Origin: Caulobacteraceae bacterium | GTDB lineage: Bacteria > Pseudomonadota > Alphaproteobacteria > Caulobacterales > Caulobacteraceae | NCBI GenBank assembly: GCA_036501825.1 | Contig: DASXZP010000009.1 | Location: forward strand, 6,923 to 70,922 | Reading direction: 5' to 3' | Length of the DNA stretch: 64,000 nucleotides | Part shown: positions 46,597 through 55,660 of the stretch, piece by piece | Layout of the letters: each line of letters starts with the position of its first letter | Numbering within the stretch: the first letter of the stretch is position 1 | The notes under the pieces: generated by a model | What the model was told of the DNA's origin: nothing | Database searches by the model: none | Seen by the model: the letters and a program-made list of their open reading frames with translations, nothing else | Translations under genes and position numbers: made by a program

Positions 46597-49047
46597 ATGA
46601 CCAGTCGCGCTCCTGGCGGGCTTCGGGCCCTCCTGGTCGCCGGCGCGGCCATGGCCCTTTTCGGCGGCGCCGCGGCGGCGCAGAACGCGCTGCATCGCTA
46701 CAACATTCCCGCCGAGGATACCGGAGACGCGCTGAACGCCTTTGCGCACCAGTCCGGTCTGCGCATCCTGTTTCCTTACGCCGCGGTAACCGGGCGGCGC
46801 AGCGTCGCGCTCTCGGGGACGATGTCGGAACAGGCGGCGCTTGACCGGCTGCTGGACGGCACGGGGTTGGTGGTGGTGTCGCGTTCCGGTGATGTGGTGA
46901 CCCTGGGCCTTGCCGCGCCGTCTGCGCCGGATGCGCCGCCCCCGCCGCCGGTCGAAGTCCAGGAGGTGGTGGTGACGGCGGAAAAGCGCGCCGAACGCAT
47001 CCAGGATGTGCCGATGTCGATGACCGCGCTTGCCGGCGACCGCTTGACCGCGACCCAGGCGACCACGCTTCAGGACGTGGTCGACGACGTGCCGGGCGTG
47101 CAGGTGATCAGCGCGTCGCCGATCGCCAACGATCTGGTGATCCGCGGCCTGTCGGTGGGCGCGGGGATCAATTCGTCGGTGGCGACCTATGTGGACGAGA
47201 CGCCCTATACGACGGTGGGTCCCTTTGCCTACAGCACCAATCTGGCGCCGAACTTCGACACCTATGATCTGGCGCGGGTCGAGGTGCTGAAGGGCCCCCA
47301 AGGGACGCTCTACGGCGCCAACGCCCTCGGAGGGCTGCTCAAATACGTCACCAATCCACCCGATCCGACGCACTACAGCGCAAGCCTGCTCACCGGCGTG
47401 AGCGCGGTCGATCACAGCGGCCAGGTCGGCCGGATCGTGGACGGGATGGTCAACGTGCCGCTCGGCGATGACGCCGCGCTGAGGCTCGTCGCCGGCGACG
47501 CCTATTTCCCCGGTTACATCGACGATCCGTCGCGCAGCAAGACCGACATCAACGCCGTCGAGCGATACGGCATGCGCGCGTCCCTGTTGTGGAAGCCGTC
47601 GCCGGATCTGAGCCTGCGCCTCAGCGCCGACTACCAGTACATCGCCGCCGGCGACACCGGCTCCGAGGACATGGTCGCGGCGACGTTGAAGCCGCTTTAC
47701 GGCGCCCTGACCCAGGAGCGTCCGATCGCCCAGCCGCAGAAGGCGACGAACACGATCTATAACAGCACGATAAACTGGAACACGAGCCTGGGAACGCTCG
47801 TCTCCGCCACCAGCTACAGTCAGGTCGATCCGGTCTCCTGGTTCGACCTTTCGTCGATTTACGGCCCGACCCTCAGCGCGATGTTCGGCCGCCGGTTCGG
47901 CGCGGCCGCCGAAGCGCAGGAGCCGGTGAACTCCTTCACCCAGGAATTGCGTCTGTCGTCGCCGAAGGGCGGCCGTATGGATTGGATCGTCGGCGCCTTC
48001 TACGACAGCGAGTCGGCCGACGAGCACGAACCGCTGTTTCCCGTGGACCTGGAAACCGGTGAAGTCCTCAGGGATTTCAGCCCGAGCCTCGGCGCCTATC
48101 ACATCACCTCGACCTATCGCGAATACGCCGGGTTCGCCGATTTCACCTACCACATCACGCCGGCCTTCGAGGTCAGCGCAGGCGGGCGCTACAGCAGCAG
48201 CAGCCAGAGCTATCACCAGATCAACGCGGGCGTGTTCACCGGCGCCGACGACTTCGTCACCCGCAGCAACCAGAGTGTCTTCACCTATTCCGTGGACGCC
48301 AAATATCGCTTCAGCCCCGATCTCATGATCTATGGGCGGGTCGCCTCGGGCTTTGTGCCGGGCGGCCCGAACGACGTCCTGCCCGGCTCGCCGCTGCCGA
48401 TGACCTACCGCTCATCGAGCACCACCAACTACGAAATCGGCGTCAAGGGCGCGAGCGGTGACGGCCGCATCGGCTACGATCTCGACCTGTTCGACGTCGA
48501 GTGGCAGGACATCCAGCTTATCGCCGAGGTGAACAATCTCTACGGCGCCACCAACGGCGGCGCCGCGCGCAGCCGCGGCGTCGAGGGCGCCATCAGCTTC
48601 AGGCCGGTCCAGGGGCTGAAGCTCGGGCTGGACGGCGCCTACATCGACGCGCGGTTGACTGAGGACACGCCCGCGAGCTTCGGCGGCCTGGCGGGCGATT
48701 GGCTGCCCCTGTCCCCGGCCTTCGCGGGGACGGCGAGTGCGGCGTACCAGCGGCCTCTGCGCGGCGGCCTCTCGGGTTTCTCCGGGCTGGAGTGGCACTA
48801 TGACGGCGAGCGGATGTCGGAGTTCGAATTCGGCGCGCCGCGCCAGCGCCTGCCCGCCTATTCGACGGTCAACCTGCGCGCGGGCCTGAAGTTCGAGAGC
48901 TATACCCTGACCGTCTACGTCAAGAACGCCGCCGACACCCGCGCGATCAGCTCGGTCGGGCCCGAAACCCTCGGCGGCGTGAGCGCACTCACTTCGGTCA
49001 TCGGCACGCCGCGCACGGTCGGCCTGACCCTGGCCGCGACGTTCTAG
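46597..49047 (+). CDS. TonB-dependent transducer (receptor with an N-terminal STN signalling domain)
   Basis: STN domain YNIPAEDTGDALNAFAHQSGLRILFPY...LSGTMSEQAALDRLLDGTGL; then the plug VQEVVVTAEKRAERIQDVPMS...; C-terminal ...VGLTLAATF. Confidence 0.9.
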   Translation: MTSRAPGGLRALLVAGAAMALFGGAAAAQNALHRYNIPAEDTGDALNAFAHQSGLRILFPYAAVTGRRSVALSGTMSEQAALDRLLDGTGLVVVSRSGDVVTLGLAAPSAPDAPPPPPVEVQEVVVTAEKRAERIQDVPMSMTALAGDRLTATQATTLQDVVDDVPGVQVISASPIANDLVIRGLSVGAGINSSVATYVDETPYTTVGPFAYSTNLAPNFDTYDLARVEVLKGPQGTLYGANALGGLLKYVTNPPDPTHYSASLLTGVSAVDHSGQVGRIVDGMVNVPLGDDAALRLVAGDAYFPGYIDDPSRSKTDINAVERYGMRASLLWKPSPDLSLRLSADYQYIAAGDTGSEDMVAATLKPLYGALTQERPIAQPQKATNTIYNSTINWNTSLGTLVSATSYSQVDPVSWFDLSSIYGPTLSAMFGRRFGAAAEAQEPVNSFTQELRLSSPKGGRMDWIVGAFYDSESADEHEPLFPVDLETGEVLRDFSPSLGAYHITSTYREYAGFADFTYHITPAFEVSAGGRYSSSSQSYHQINAGVFTGADDFVTRSNQSVFTYSVDAKYRFSPDLMIYGRVASGFVPGGPNDVLPGSPLPMTYRSSSTTNYEIGVKGASGDGRIGYDLDLFDVEWQDIQLIAEVNNLYGATNGGAARSRGVEGAISFRPVQGLKLGLDGAYIDARLTEDTPASFGGLAGDWLPLSPAFAGTASAAYQRPLRGGLSGFSGLEWHYDGERMSEFEFGAPRQRLPAYSTVNLRAGLKFESYTLTVYVKNAADTRAISSVGPETLGGVSALTSVIGTPRTVGLTLAATF

Positions 49048-49157
49048 GGCGCGTGACGGCCCCGTGAATATTTTTCTGCGAACGGACTAAGGGCGCCCGG
49101 CCAGGCGTTCGTCTCACCCCCTGAAGGACCTCACTAATCGAGGCCGGGGGAATCGTC

Positions 49158-51374
49158 ATGACCGCTCGCACCTATCGCCAAGACCGCAATCTGCGCCGCC
49201 TGTTGCTGGGCGGCGCGGCCGCCGCGCTGTTCGTCGGGCCGGTCTATGCCGCCGACGCCGCAAGCGAAAGTAAGGCGACGAGCGTGCAGGAGGTCGTGGT
49301 CACCGCCGAGAAGCGCACGCAACGCGCTCAGGACGTGCCCATGTCGATCAAGGCGATCAGCGGCGATCACCTGACCCAGACCCAGGCCACGACCCTGCAG
49401 GACGTGGTCAACCAGGTGCCGGGGCTGCAACTCGTCCAGAACGGCCCGACGTCAAACGAGCTGGTGATCCGTGGCCTTTCGGTCGGCGCGGGCATCAACT
49501 CTTCGGTGGCGACCTATGTGGACGAGACCCCCTATACGACGGTCGGGCCGTTCGCCTACAGTTCCAACCTCGCGCCGAACTTCGACACCTACGATCTGTC
49601 GCGCATCGAGGTGTTGCGCGGGCCGCAGGGGACGCTCTACGGCGCGAGCGCCATGGGCGGCCTGCTCAAGTACGTGACCAATGCGCCCGATCCCTCGCAC
49701 TACAGCGCGAGCATGCTGGCGGGCGTGAGTTCAGTCGATCACAGCGGCCAGACCGGCTGGGAACTCCACGGCATGGTCAACATTCCGCTGGGCGAGAACC
49801 TGGCCCTGCGCCTTGTGGGCGAAGACGACTACCAGCCCGGCTTCATCGACGACCCGGCGCGCGGCGTGAAGGATGAAAACGACATCCGCCGCTACGGCGG
49901 TCGCGCATCGCTGTTGTGGACGCCCACGCCGGATCTCAGCATTCGCCTGACCGGAACCTGGCAGCACATCAAGGCGGGCGACACGGGCCAGGAGGATATT
50001 TCCGCGGCGACGCTGCAACCGATCTTCGGGGAGCTGACGCAGGAGAAGGCGATCGCGCAGCCGACGACGGTCACCAACACCGTCTACAACGGCACGATCA
50101 ACTGGAACGTGGGCTTCGCCAACCTGGTCTCATCGACCAGCTATACCCAGGTCAATCCGTACGTCGTCGGCGACCTGTCCTCGGTTTACGGCCCCATCCT
50201 GCAGGGCATCTTCGGCCAGCCCCTGGGCGCCGAGGTGGTGGCGATCGAACCGGTGAACTCCTTCACCCAGGAACTGCGCCTGACCTCGAACAAGGGCCAG
50301 GCCCTCGAGTGGAACATCGGCGCCTACTACGACAACGAATCCGCCGACGAGCATGAGCCGCTCTATCCGGTCGACCTCACCACCGGCCAGGTCCTCACCG
50401 GCTTCACGCCCAACCTCGGCGCCTACCACATCACCTCGACCTATCGCGAATGGGCGGGCTTTGCGGACTTCACCTATCACGTCACGTCCGCGTTCGAGGT
50501 GGGTCTGGGCGGGCGCTACAGCTCGAACAGCCAGACCTATCACCAGGTCAACGCCGGCTTCTTCACCGGCACAGACGATTTCGTGACCAAGAGCGATCAG
50601 AGCGTCTTCACCTATTCGGTGGACGCCAAATATCGCTTCAGCCCTGACCTGATGGTGTACGCCCGCGTGGCCTCGGGCTTCGTGCCCGGCGGTCCCAACG
50701 ACGTGCTGCCGGGATCGACCCTGCCGGAAACGTTCAAGTCCTCCAGCACCACCAACTACGAGATCGGCGTCAAAGGAAGCGCGGCCGAAGGCCAGATCAC
50801 CTACGACCTCGATGTGTTTGACGTCGAGTGGCAGCAAATCCAGCTTATCGCCGAGGTGAACAATCTCTTTGGCGCCACCAACGGCGGCACCGCGCGCAGC
50901 CGCGGTCTAGAAGGCGACATTGACTATCGGCCGATGACGGGTCTCTCGCTGGGCCTCAGCGCGGCCTATACCGATGCGCGTCTCACCCAGCCGACGCCCG
51001 CGAGCTTCGGCGGTCTGGCCGGCGATCGACTGCCGCTGTCGCCCTATATTTCGACCACGGCCAGCGCGAGCTACGAGTGGCCGCTCAGTTCCAGCCTGAC
51101 GGGCTTCGCCGGCGGCGAGTGGCACTACGAGGGCGACCGCATGTCCGAGTACGAGTTCGGCGCGCCGCGCCAGGACCTGCCGGCCTATTCGATGGTGAAC
51201 CTGCGCGCCGGGGTGCGATTCCAGAACTACACGATCACCGCCTACGTGAAGAACCTGGGCGATGAGAAGGCAATCAGTTCGGTGGGCCCGGAGACGGTCG
51301 GTGCGGTGAGCGCGCTTTCGGCCGTCGTCTCCACGCCGCGCACCATCGGCCTGACCTTTGGCGCCAAGTTCTGA
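49158..51374 (+). CDS. TonB-dependent receptor, close paralog of 46597..49047 lacking the STN domain
   Basis: Collinear with the upstream receptor from the plug onward (VQEVVVTAEKRTQRAQDVPMS...GLSVGAGINSSVATYVDETPYTTVGPFAY...). It ends ...IGLTFGAKF. Confidence 0.9.
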   Translation: MTARTYRQDRNLRRLLLGGAAAALFVGPVYAADAASESKATSVQEVVVTAEKRTQRAQDVPMSIKAISGDHLTQTQATTLQDVVNQVPGLQLVQNGPTSNELVIRGLSVGAGINSSVATYVDETPYTTVGPFAYSSNLAPNFDTYDLSRIEVLRGPQGTLYGASAMGGLLKYVTNAPDPSHYSASMLAGVSSVDHSGQTGWELHGMVNIPLGENLALRLVGEDDYQPGFIDDPARGVKDENDIRRYGGRASLLWTPTPDLSIRLTGTWQHIKAGDTGQEDISAATLQPIFGELTQEKAIAQPTTVTNTVYNGTINWNVGFANLVSSTSYTQVNPYVVGDLSSVYGPILQGIFGQPLGAEVVAIEPVNSFTQELRLTSNKGQALEWNIGAYYDNESADEHEPLYPVDLTTGQVLTGFTPNLGAYHITSTYREWAGFADFTYHVTSAFEVGLGGRYSSNSQTYHQVNAGFFTGTDDFVTKSDQSVFTYSVDAKYRFSPDLMVYARVASGFVPGGPNDVLPGSTLPETFKSSSTTNYEIGVKGSAAEGQITYDLDVFDVEWQQIQLIAEVNNLFGATNGGTARSRGLEGDIDYRPMTGLSLGLSAAYTDARLTQPTPASFGGLAGDRLPLSPYISTTASASYEWPLSSSLTGFAGGEWHYEGDRMSEYEFGAPRQDLPAYSMVNLRAGVRFQNYTITAYVKNLGDEKAISSVGPETVGAVSALSAVVSTPRTIGLTFGAKF

Positions 51375-51397
51375 TCAGAAACCCCGGAGTGACCGTG

Positions 51398-53911
51398 ATG
51401 ACTTCAAGACTCTGGATGGGCGCTGCGTGCGCCCTGGCGATGGGTTTGCCGGCCGCGGCGCAGGCCGCGGACGGGACGGCGGCGGATCAGATGCTGGCGC
51501 GCTATCAGCGCGCGGCGGAAATCGAGATGGCGCACACCCATCACTGGATCCTGAACGAAACCGTGGCCCCGCACTGGATCGCGGGTCGTGACGCCTTCTG
51601 GTACGCGGAGGAAACCGCCCAGGGACACCGCTATCTGATTATGGACGCGACTACGGGCGCCAAGACCGACGCCTTCGACCAGGCGCGTCTGGCGACCGAG
51701 CTCGGCAAGGCCGTCGGGCGCACGGTTGACGCCAACGATCTTCCGATCAAGGCCGAGTGGCTCGATCCGGCGGCGGGCACGGTGCGCTTTTTCGCCTTCG
51801 ACAAGACCTGGCTGTTCGACAGCGTCAAGGGTCTGAGCGAAGAGCCGGAGCCGCGTTCGCACTTCACCGTCTCACCCGACGGCAAGCTCGGCGTGATCAG
51901 CAAGGACCACAATCTCTGGCTCAAAGATTTCGCCTCCGGCAAGGAGACGCAACTCACCACCGACGGCGAGGAGCGCTACGAATACGGCGTCCCGCCCGAG
52001 GCCCTGCACCACCCGGCGTTTTCGCCTGAGGTGATCTGGTCGCCGGACTCCAGGCGTATCTTCACCGCCCAGACCGACGATCGCCAGGTCCTCGACCTAC
52101 CGGTGGTCGAGTTCGCGCCCAAGGATGGCGTGCGGTCGCACGTGGTGAACTATCACGCCGCCCTGCCGGGCGACGTCAACGTACCGATGTTCCGCCTGAC
52201 CGTCATCGACGTAACCAACGGGCATCAGACGCCGGTGCGTTACGAGACCATCCCCGCCGTGCGCATGAACGACTCCCCGATGGACGGGAAGCGGATGTGG
52301 TGGAGCGGTGATAGCAAGCACGCCTACTTCGTCGACATCGAGCGCGGCGAAAAGGCGGTGCACGTGGAGGCCGTGGACGCCGACACCGGGGCCACGCGGG
52401 AGCTGTTCTCCGAAACCAGCGACACCTATGTGGAACTGGGCTCAGACGTCTATGAGCCCGCCGCCCTGCGCCCGCTGCCGAACGCGAACCAGCTGATCTG
52501 GTATTCGGAACGCTCCGGCTGGGCGCATCTGTATCTCTACGACCTTAACACCGGAAAGCTGATCCGTCCCTTGACCAGCGGCGACTGGCTGGTCCGTGAC
52601 GTGCTCGGCGTGGACGAGGCGCATCGGCAGGTCTTCGTCAGCATTGCCGGCCGCACGCCAGGCAAGAATCCGTACTATCAGGAGACGGCGCGCATCGATC
52701 TCGACACGGGCGCGATGAAGGTGCTTACCGCCAGCGACGACGACCACGAGGTCCTGGTGCCCGGCGGCCTCGTCAACGCCAACGCCCTTGTCTACCTCTT
52801 TTCCGGCGGCGATCCGCACGGCCTGTCGGGCGTGGCGCCTTCGGGCGACTATTTCGTCGAAACCGTGACCCGGGCCGACAAGCCCAGTCGCTCCATCCTC
52901 TACGATCGCGACGGCCGCGTAGTCGCGACAGTCGAGGACGCCGACGCCTCGCGTTTGCCGTCCTGGTACCGCTGGCCCACGCCGGTGAAACTGACGGCGG
53001 CCGACGGCAAGACCGAGATTGACGGTCTGGTGTTCCGGCCTTCGGACTACGACCCGCACAAGAAGTATCCCGTCATCGACCTCGTCTACGGCGGACCCCA
53101 GGCGGCCTATGTGCCCAAGAGCTTCGACAACTTCGCCTACCAGGGCATGGCGTCGCTCGCCGAGCTCGGCTTCGTGGTCACCAGCATCGACGGCCGCGGC
53201 ACCGTGCAGCGCAGCCGCGCCTTCCACGCGGCGTCGTATCGAAAAGCCGAAACCGCCAGCGACCTGGAAGACCACATCGCCGGCATCAAGCAGCTGGCCG
53301 CGGCCGATCCGGGCATGGACCTTTCGCGGGTGGGCATCACCGGCTTTTCCGGCGGCGGCTATATGACCGCTATCGGGATGTTCCGCTTCCCCGACTTCTA
53401 CAAGGTCGGCGTGGCGGGCAGCGGCAACTACGATCAGAGTCTGTTCTGGGCCACCTGGGGCGAGCGTTACGAGGGATATCCCTACGGCGATTACTACAAG
53501 CAGCAGGACGCCAAGACCTATGTCGCCGGTCTGAAGGGCAAGCTGCTGATCGTGCAGGGTCTGATGGACGTCGGCGTGACGCCGGCGGGCACGTTCCAGC
53601 TCGAACAGGCTTTGCAGGACGCCAACAAGGATTATGACACCCTGCTCTGGCCGCGCCTGACCCACGACATCTCGGCGTACGGCAAGCGCCGCGAGTGGGA
53701 TTACTTTGTCCGCTACCTCGCGGGCGAGACGCCGCCGCACGAATTTCTGCTGAACGACGACGAGGACATCGAAAAGGCCAAGGCCGAAGCGCTGGAAGCC
53801 AAACCCGACGCCAAGGCGGACGCGGCGAAGGCCGAAGTTCCGGCCAAGGACGCCAAGCCCGACGCATCGAAGAAGCCCGGCGCATCGCAGAAGGACACCG
53901 GATCGAAATGA
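51398..53911 (+). CDS. S9-family serine peptidase, dipeptidyl-peptidase IV-like (beta-propeller + alpha/beta hydrolase)
   Basis: Signal peptide MTSRLWMGAACALAMGLPAAAQA; DPP-IV-like N-terminal propeller; nucleophile elbow GITGFSGGGYM; later LIVQGLMDVGV and RLTHD. A GTG alternative lies at 51389. Confidence 0.85.
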   Translation: MTSRLWMGAACALAMGLPAAAQAADGTAADQMLARYQRAAEIEMAHTHHWILNETVAPHWIAGRDAFWYAEETAQGHRYLIMDATTGAKTDAFDQARLATELGKAVGRTVDANDLPIKAEWLDPAAGTVRFFAFDKTWLFDSVKGLSEEPEPRSHFTVSPDGKLGVISKDHNLWLKDFASGKETQLTTDGEERYEYGVPPEALHHPAFSPEVIWSPDSRRIFTAQTDDRQVLDLPVVEFAPKDGVRSHVVNYHAALPGDVNVPMFRLTVIDVTNGHQTPVRYETIPAVRMNDSPMDGKRMWWSGDSKHAYFVDIERGEKAVHVEAVDADTGATRELFSETSDTYVELGSDVYEPAALRPLPNANQLIWYSERSGWAHLYLYDLNTGKLIRPLTSGDWLVRDVLGVDEAHRQVFVSIAGRTPGKNPYYQETARIDLDTGAMKVLTASDDDHEVLVPGGLVNANALVYLFSGGDPHGLSGVAPSGDYFVETVTRADKPSRSILYDRDGRVVATVEDADASRLPSWYRWPTPVKLTAADGKTEIDGLVFRPSDYDPHKKYPVIDLVYGGPQAAYVPKSFDNFAYQGMASLAELGFVVTSIDGRGTVQRSRAFHAASYRKAETASDLEDHIAGIKQLAAADPGMDLSRVGITGFSGGGYMTAIGMFRFPDFYKVGVAGSGNYDQSLFWATWGERYEGYPYGDYYKQQDAKTYVAGLKGKLLIVQGLMDVGVTPAGTFQLEQALQDANKDYDTLLWPRLTHDISAYGKRREWDYFVRYLAGETPPHEFLLNDDEDIEKAKAEALEAKPDAKADAAKAEVPAKDAKPDASKKPGASQKDTGSK

Positions 53912-54510
53912 TGTCGCGCCGATCCGTCGTCGCCGGCGCGGCCGCCTCGACCCTGGGGCTGCCCGCCCGTGCGGGCGCAGGCATGGTGCGGGTCGCCCTC
54001 GACACGGCGCTGGGATCGATGACGATCACGCTCGACACGGCGCACGCGCCGATTTCGGCCGGGGATTTTCTGAACTACGTGGATCGCAACCTGTTCGAAG
54101 GCGCCGCCTTCTATCGCACCGTGCGGCCCGACGACGACATCAATCCGGTGCGGATCGACGTGATCCAGGGCGGCCTGCTCGACGACAAGAAGATGCTGCC
54201 GCCCATCGCGCACGAACCGACCAGCAAAACAGGCCTGCGTCATCGCAACGGGACCCTCTCCATCGGTCGCGACACGCCGGGCACGGGCTCAGCGGGCGCG
54301 TTCTTCATCTGCATCGGCGATCAGCCGGCGCTGGATTTCGGCGGCAAGCGCAATCCGGACGGTCAAGGCTTCGCCGCCTTCGGTCAGGTCGTGCGCGGCA
54401 TGGACGTGGTGCGCAGGATCTGGCGCTCGCCCGTCGACGACCGCGCGACGGGCATGGCGCACGAGATGCTGACGCCGCCGATCCCGATCCTGGGTGCGCG
54501 GCGGCTCTGA
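53908..54510 (+). CDS. Periplasmic cyclophilin-type peptidyl-prolyl isomerase
   Basis: Its start overlaps the peptidase stop (ATGA). Twin-Arg-like leader MMSRRSVVAGAAAS. Cyclophilin motifs ...NFLNYVDRNLFEGAAFYRTV...GTLSIGRD...FFICIGDQPALD...FGQVVRGMDVV. Confidence 0.85.
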   Translation: MMSRRSVVAGAAASTLGLPARAGAGMVRVALDTALGSMTITLDTAHAPISAGDFLNYVDRNLFEGAAFYRTVRPDDDINPVRIDVIQGGLLDDKKMLPPIAHEPTSKTGLRHRNGTLSIGRDTPGTGSAGAFFICIGDQPALDFGGKRNPDGQGFAAFGQVVRGMDVVRRIWRSPVDDRATGMAHEMLTPPIPILGARRL

Positions 54511-54574
54511 CCAGGGCGTTGCGCCGGCCGCGACGCGTCGCCATGATGGTCCCGTCAAATCAGGGACTTTCTTC

Positions 54575-55021
54575 ATGCAGCTTCGGACCCTGCATGCCTA
54601 TGTCGGCATGCTGATCGCCCCCACCGTGCTCTTTCTCGCCACGACGGGCCTGCTTCAGGTCTACAGCCTGCACGAGGACCATGGATCCTATCAGGCGCCG
54701 CGCGCGCTCGAGGTTCTGGGCAGCCTGCACAAGGACCAAAAGCTCCCGGGCAAGGAAGACGCCGGCCATCACCACGACCACGGCGCTGCCGCGGACCACC
54801 ACGACGCCGGCGGCCACGCCGATGACCACAAGGGGCCTGCCCATCCTTGGGCGATCGCGCTGCTGAAAGTCTTCTTCGCGGGCGTGGCGGTGAGCCTGAT
54901 CGGCTCGACCCTCGTTGGAATTTGGATGGCGTGGCAGACCCGCCTGCGCCGCCGCACTCATATGATCCTGCTGGGGTTGGGCGCGCTGATCCCGCTGGTT
55001 CTGGCGTTTCTGGCGAGCTGA
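54575..55021 (+). CDS. Membrane protein with a PepSY-associated TM-helix-like N-terminus and a His-rich loop
   Basis: MQLRTLHAYVGMLIAPTVLFLATTGLLQVY; loop GKEDAGHHHDHGAAADHHDAGGHADDHKGPAHP; two further TM helices. Confidence 0.55.
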   Translation: MQLRTLHAYVGMLIAPTVLFLATTGLLQVYSLHEDHGSYQAPRALEVLGSLHKDQKLPGKEDAGHHHDHGAAADHHDAGGHADDHKGPAHPWAIALLKVFFAGVAVSLIGSTLVGIWMAWQTRLRRRTHMILLGLGALIPLVLAFLAS

Positions 55022-55078
55022 GGCGGCCGCTCTGCCGCGTTGCGCCACCCCGCATGGCCGGGCATAACCGCGTCCGGG

Positions 55079-55154
55079 GCCGGCTTAGCTCAGTTGGTAG
55101 AGCAGCGCTTTTGTAAAGCGAAGGTCGCGGGTTCGAATCCTGCAGCCGGCACCA
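55079..55154 (+). tRNA. tRNA-Thr (anticodon UGU)
   Basis: Acceptor stem GCCGGCT/AGCCGGC plus ACCA; D-arm TAGCTCAGTTGGTAGAGCA; anticodon loop TT-TGT-AA; T-arm GCGGGTTCGAATCCTGC. Confidence 0.9.
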
Positions 55155-55185
55155 CTCGCCAGAATCCGTCAGGCGTCACCACCCG

Positions 55186-55593
55186 TCAGGCCGCCGCCTT
55201 GCCGCCGAGCTTGAGGCCGCCGATCAGGGCGCCCGCAATCAGGAAGTAGACGAAGGTGTAGCCCGCGTCGATTTCCACCATGCTCATCGACCGGCCCATA
55301 TAGAGCCAGTCGAGACTCTCCCCCATGAACGGGAAGACGAACCAGAGGAAGAGGCTGGTCACCACGCCGCCGACCAGGCTGTCGCGATTGGTCCTGCGGA
55401 TCACCCAGGCGATGCCGATCAGCATGATCAGCGAGAACACCGCGCCCTCGGCGTAGCCCGCGGGCGTCTTGGCCGCCGGCGACAGCGGCACGCTCATCTT
55501 GTCGGCGAACAGCTTGCCGTACCAAAGCCAACTCGCGGCCTGGGTAACCACCAGAGCCACGATCACGCCCACCCAGTTCAGACCCTGAAGCAT
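55186..55593 (-). CDS. DUF1761-like membrane protein
   Basis: MLQGLNWVGVIVALVVTQAASWLWYGKLF... resembles the DUF1761 N-terminal pattern; four TM helices. Confidence 0.55.
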   Translation of the reverse strand: MLQGLNWVGVIVALVVTQAASWLWYGKLFADKMSVPLSPAAKTPAGYAEGAVFSLIMLIGIAWVIRRTNRDSLVGGVVTSLFLWFVFPFMGESLDWLYMGRSMSMVEIDAGYTFVYFLIAGALIGGLKLGGKAAA

Positions 55594-55660
55594 GGCCGAC
55601 CTCCCCGAAAGGCGGAGGGAGCATAGACCCTTTGGGCGAGTCGGGTAATCGGCGACCGGG

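Noticed and set aside
49048-49157. A search for a FecI-type ECF promoter (GAAT/GAAC ... CGTC) in the gap between the two TonB receptor paralogs.
   Set aside because: Candidate -35 and -10 elements are present (GTGAAT, GAAC, CGTTCGTCT) but at spacings of 22-40 nt, which do not fit an ECF promoter.
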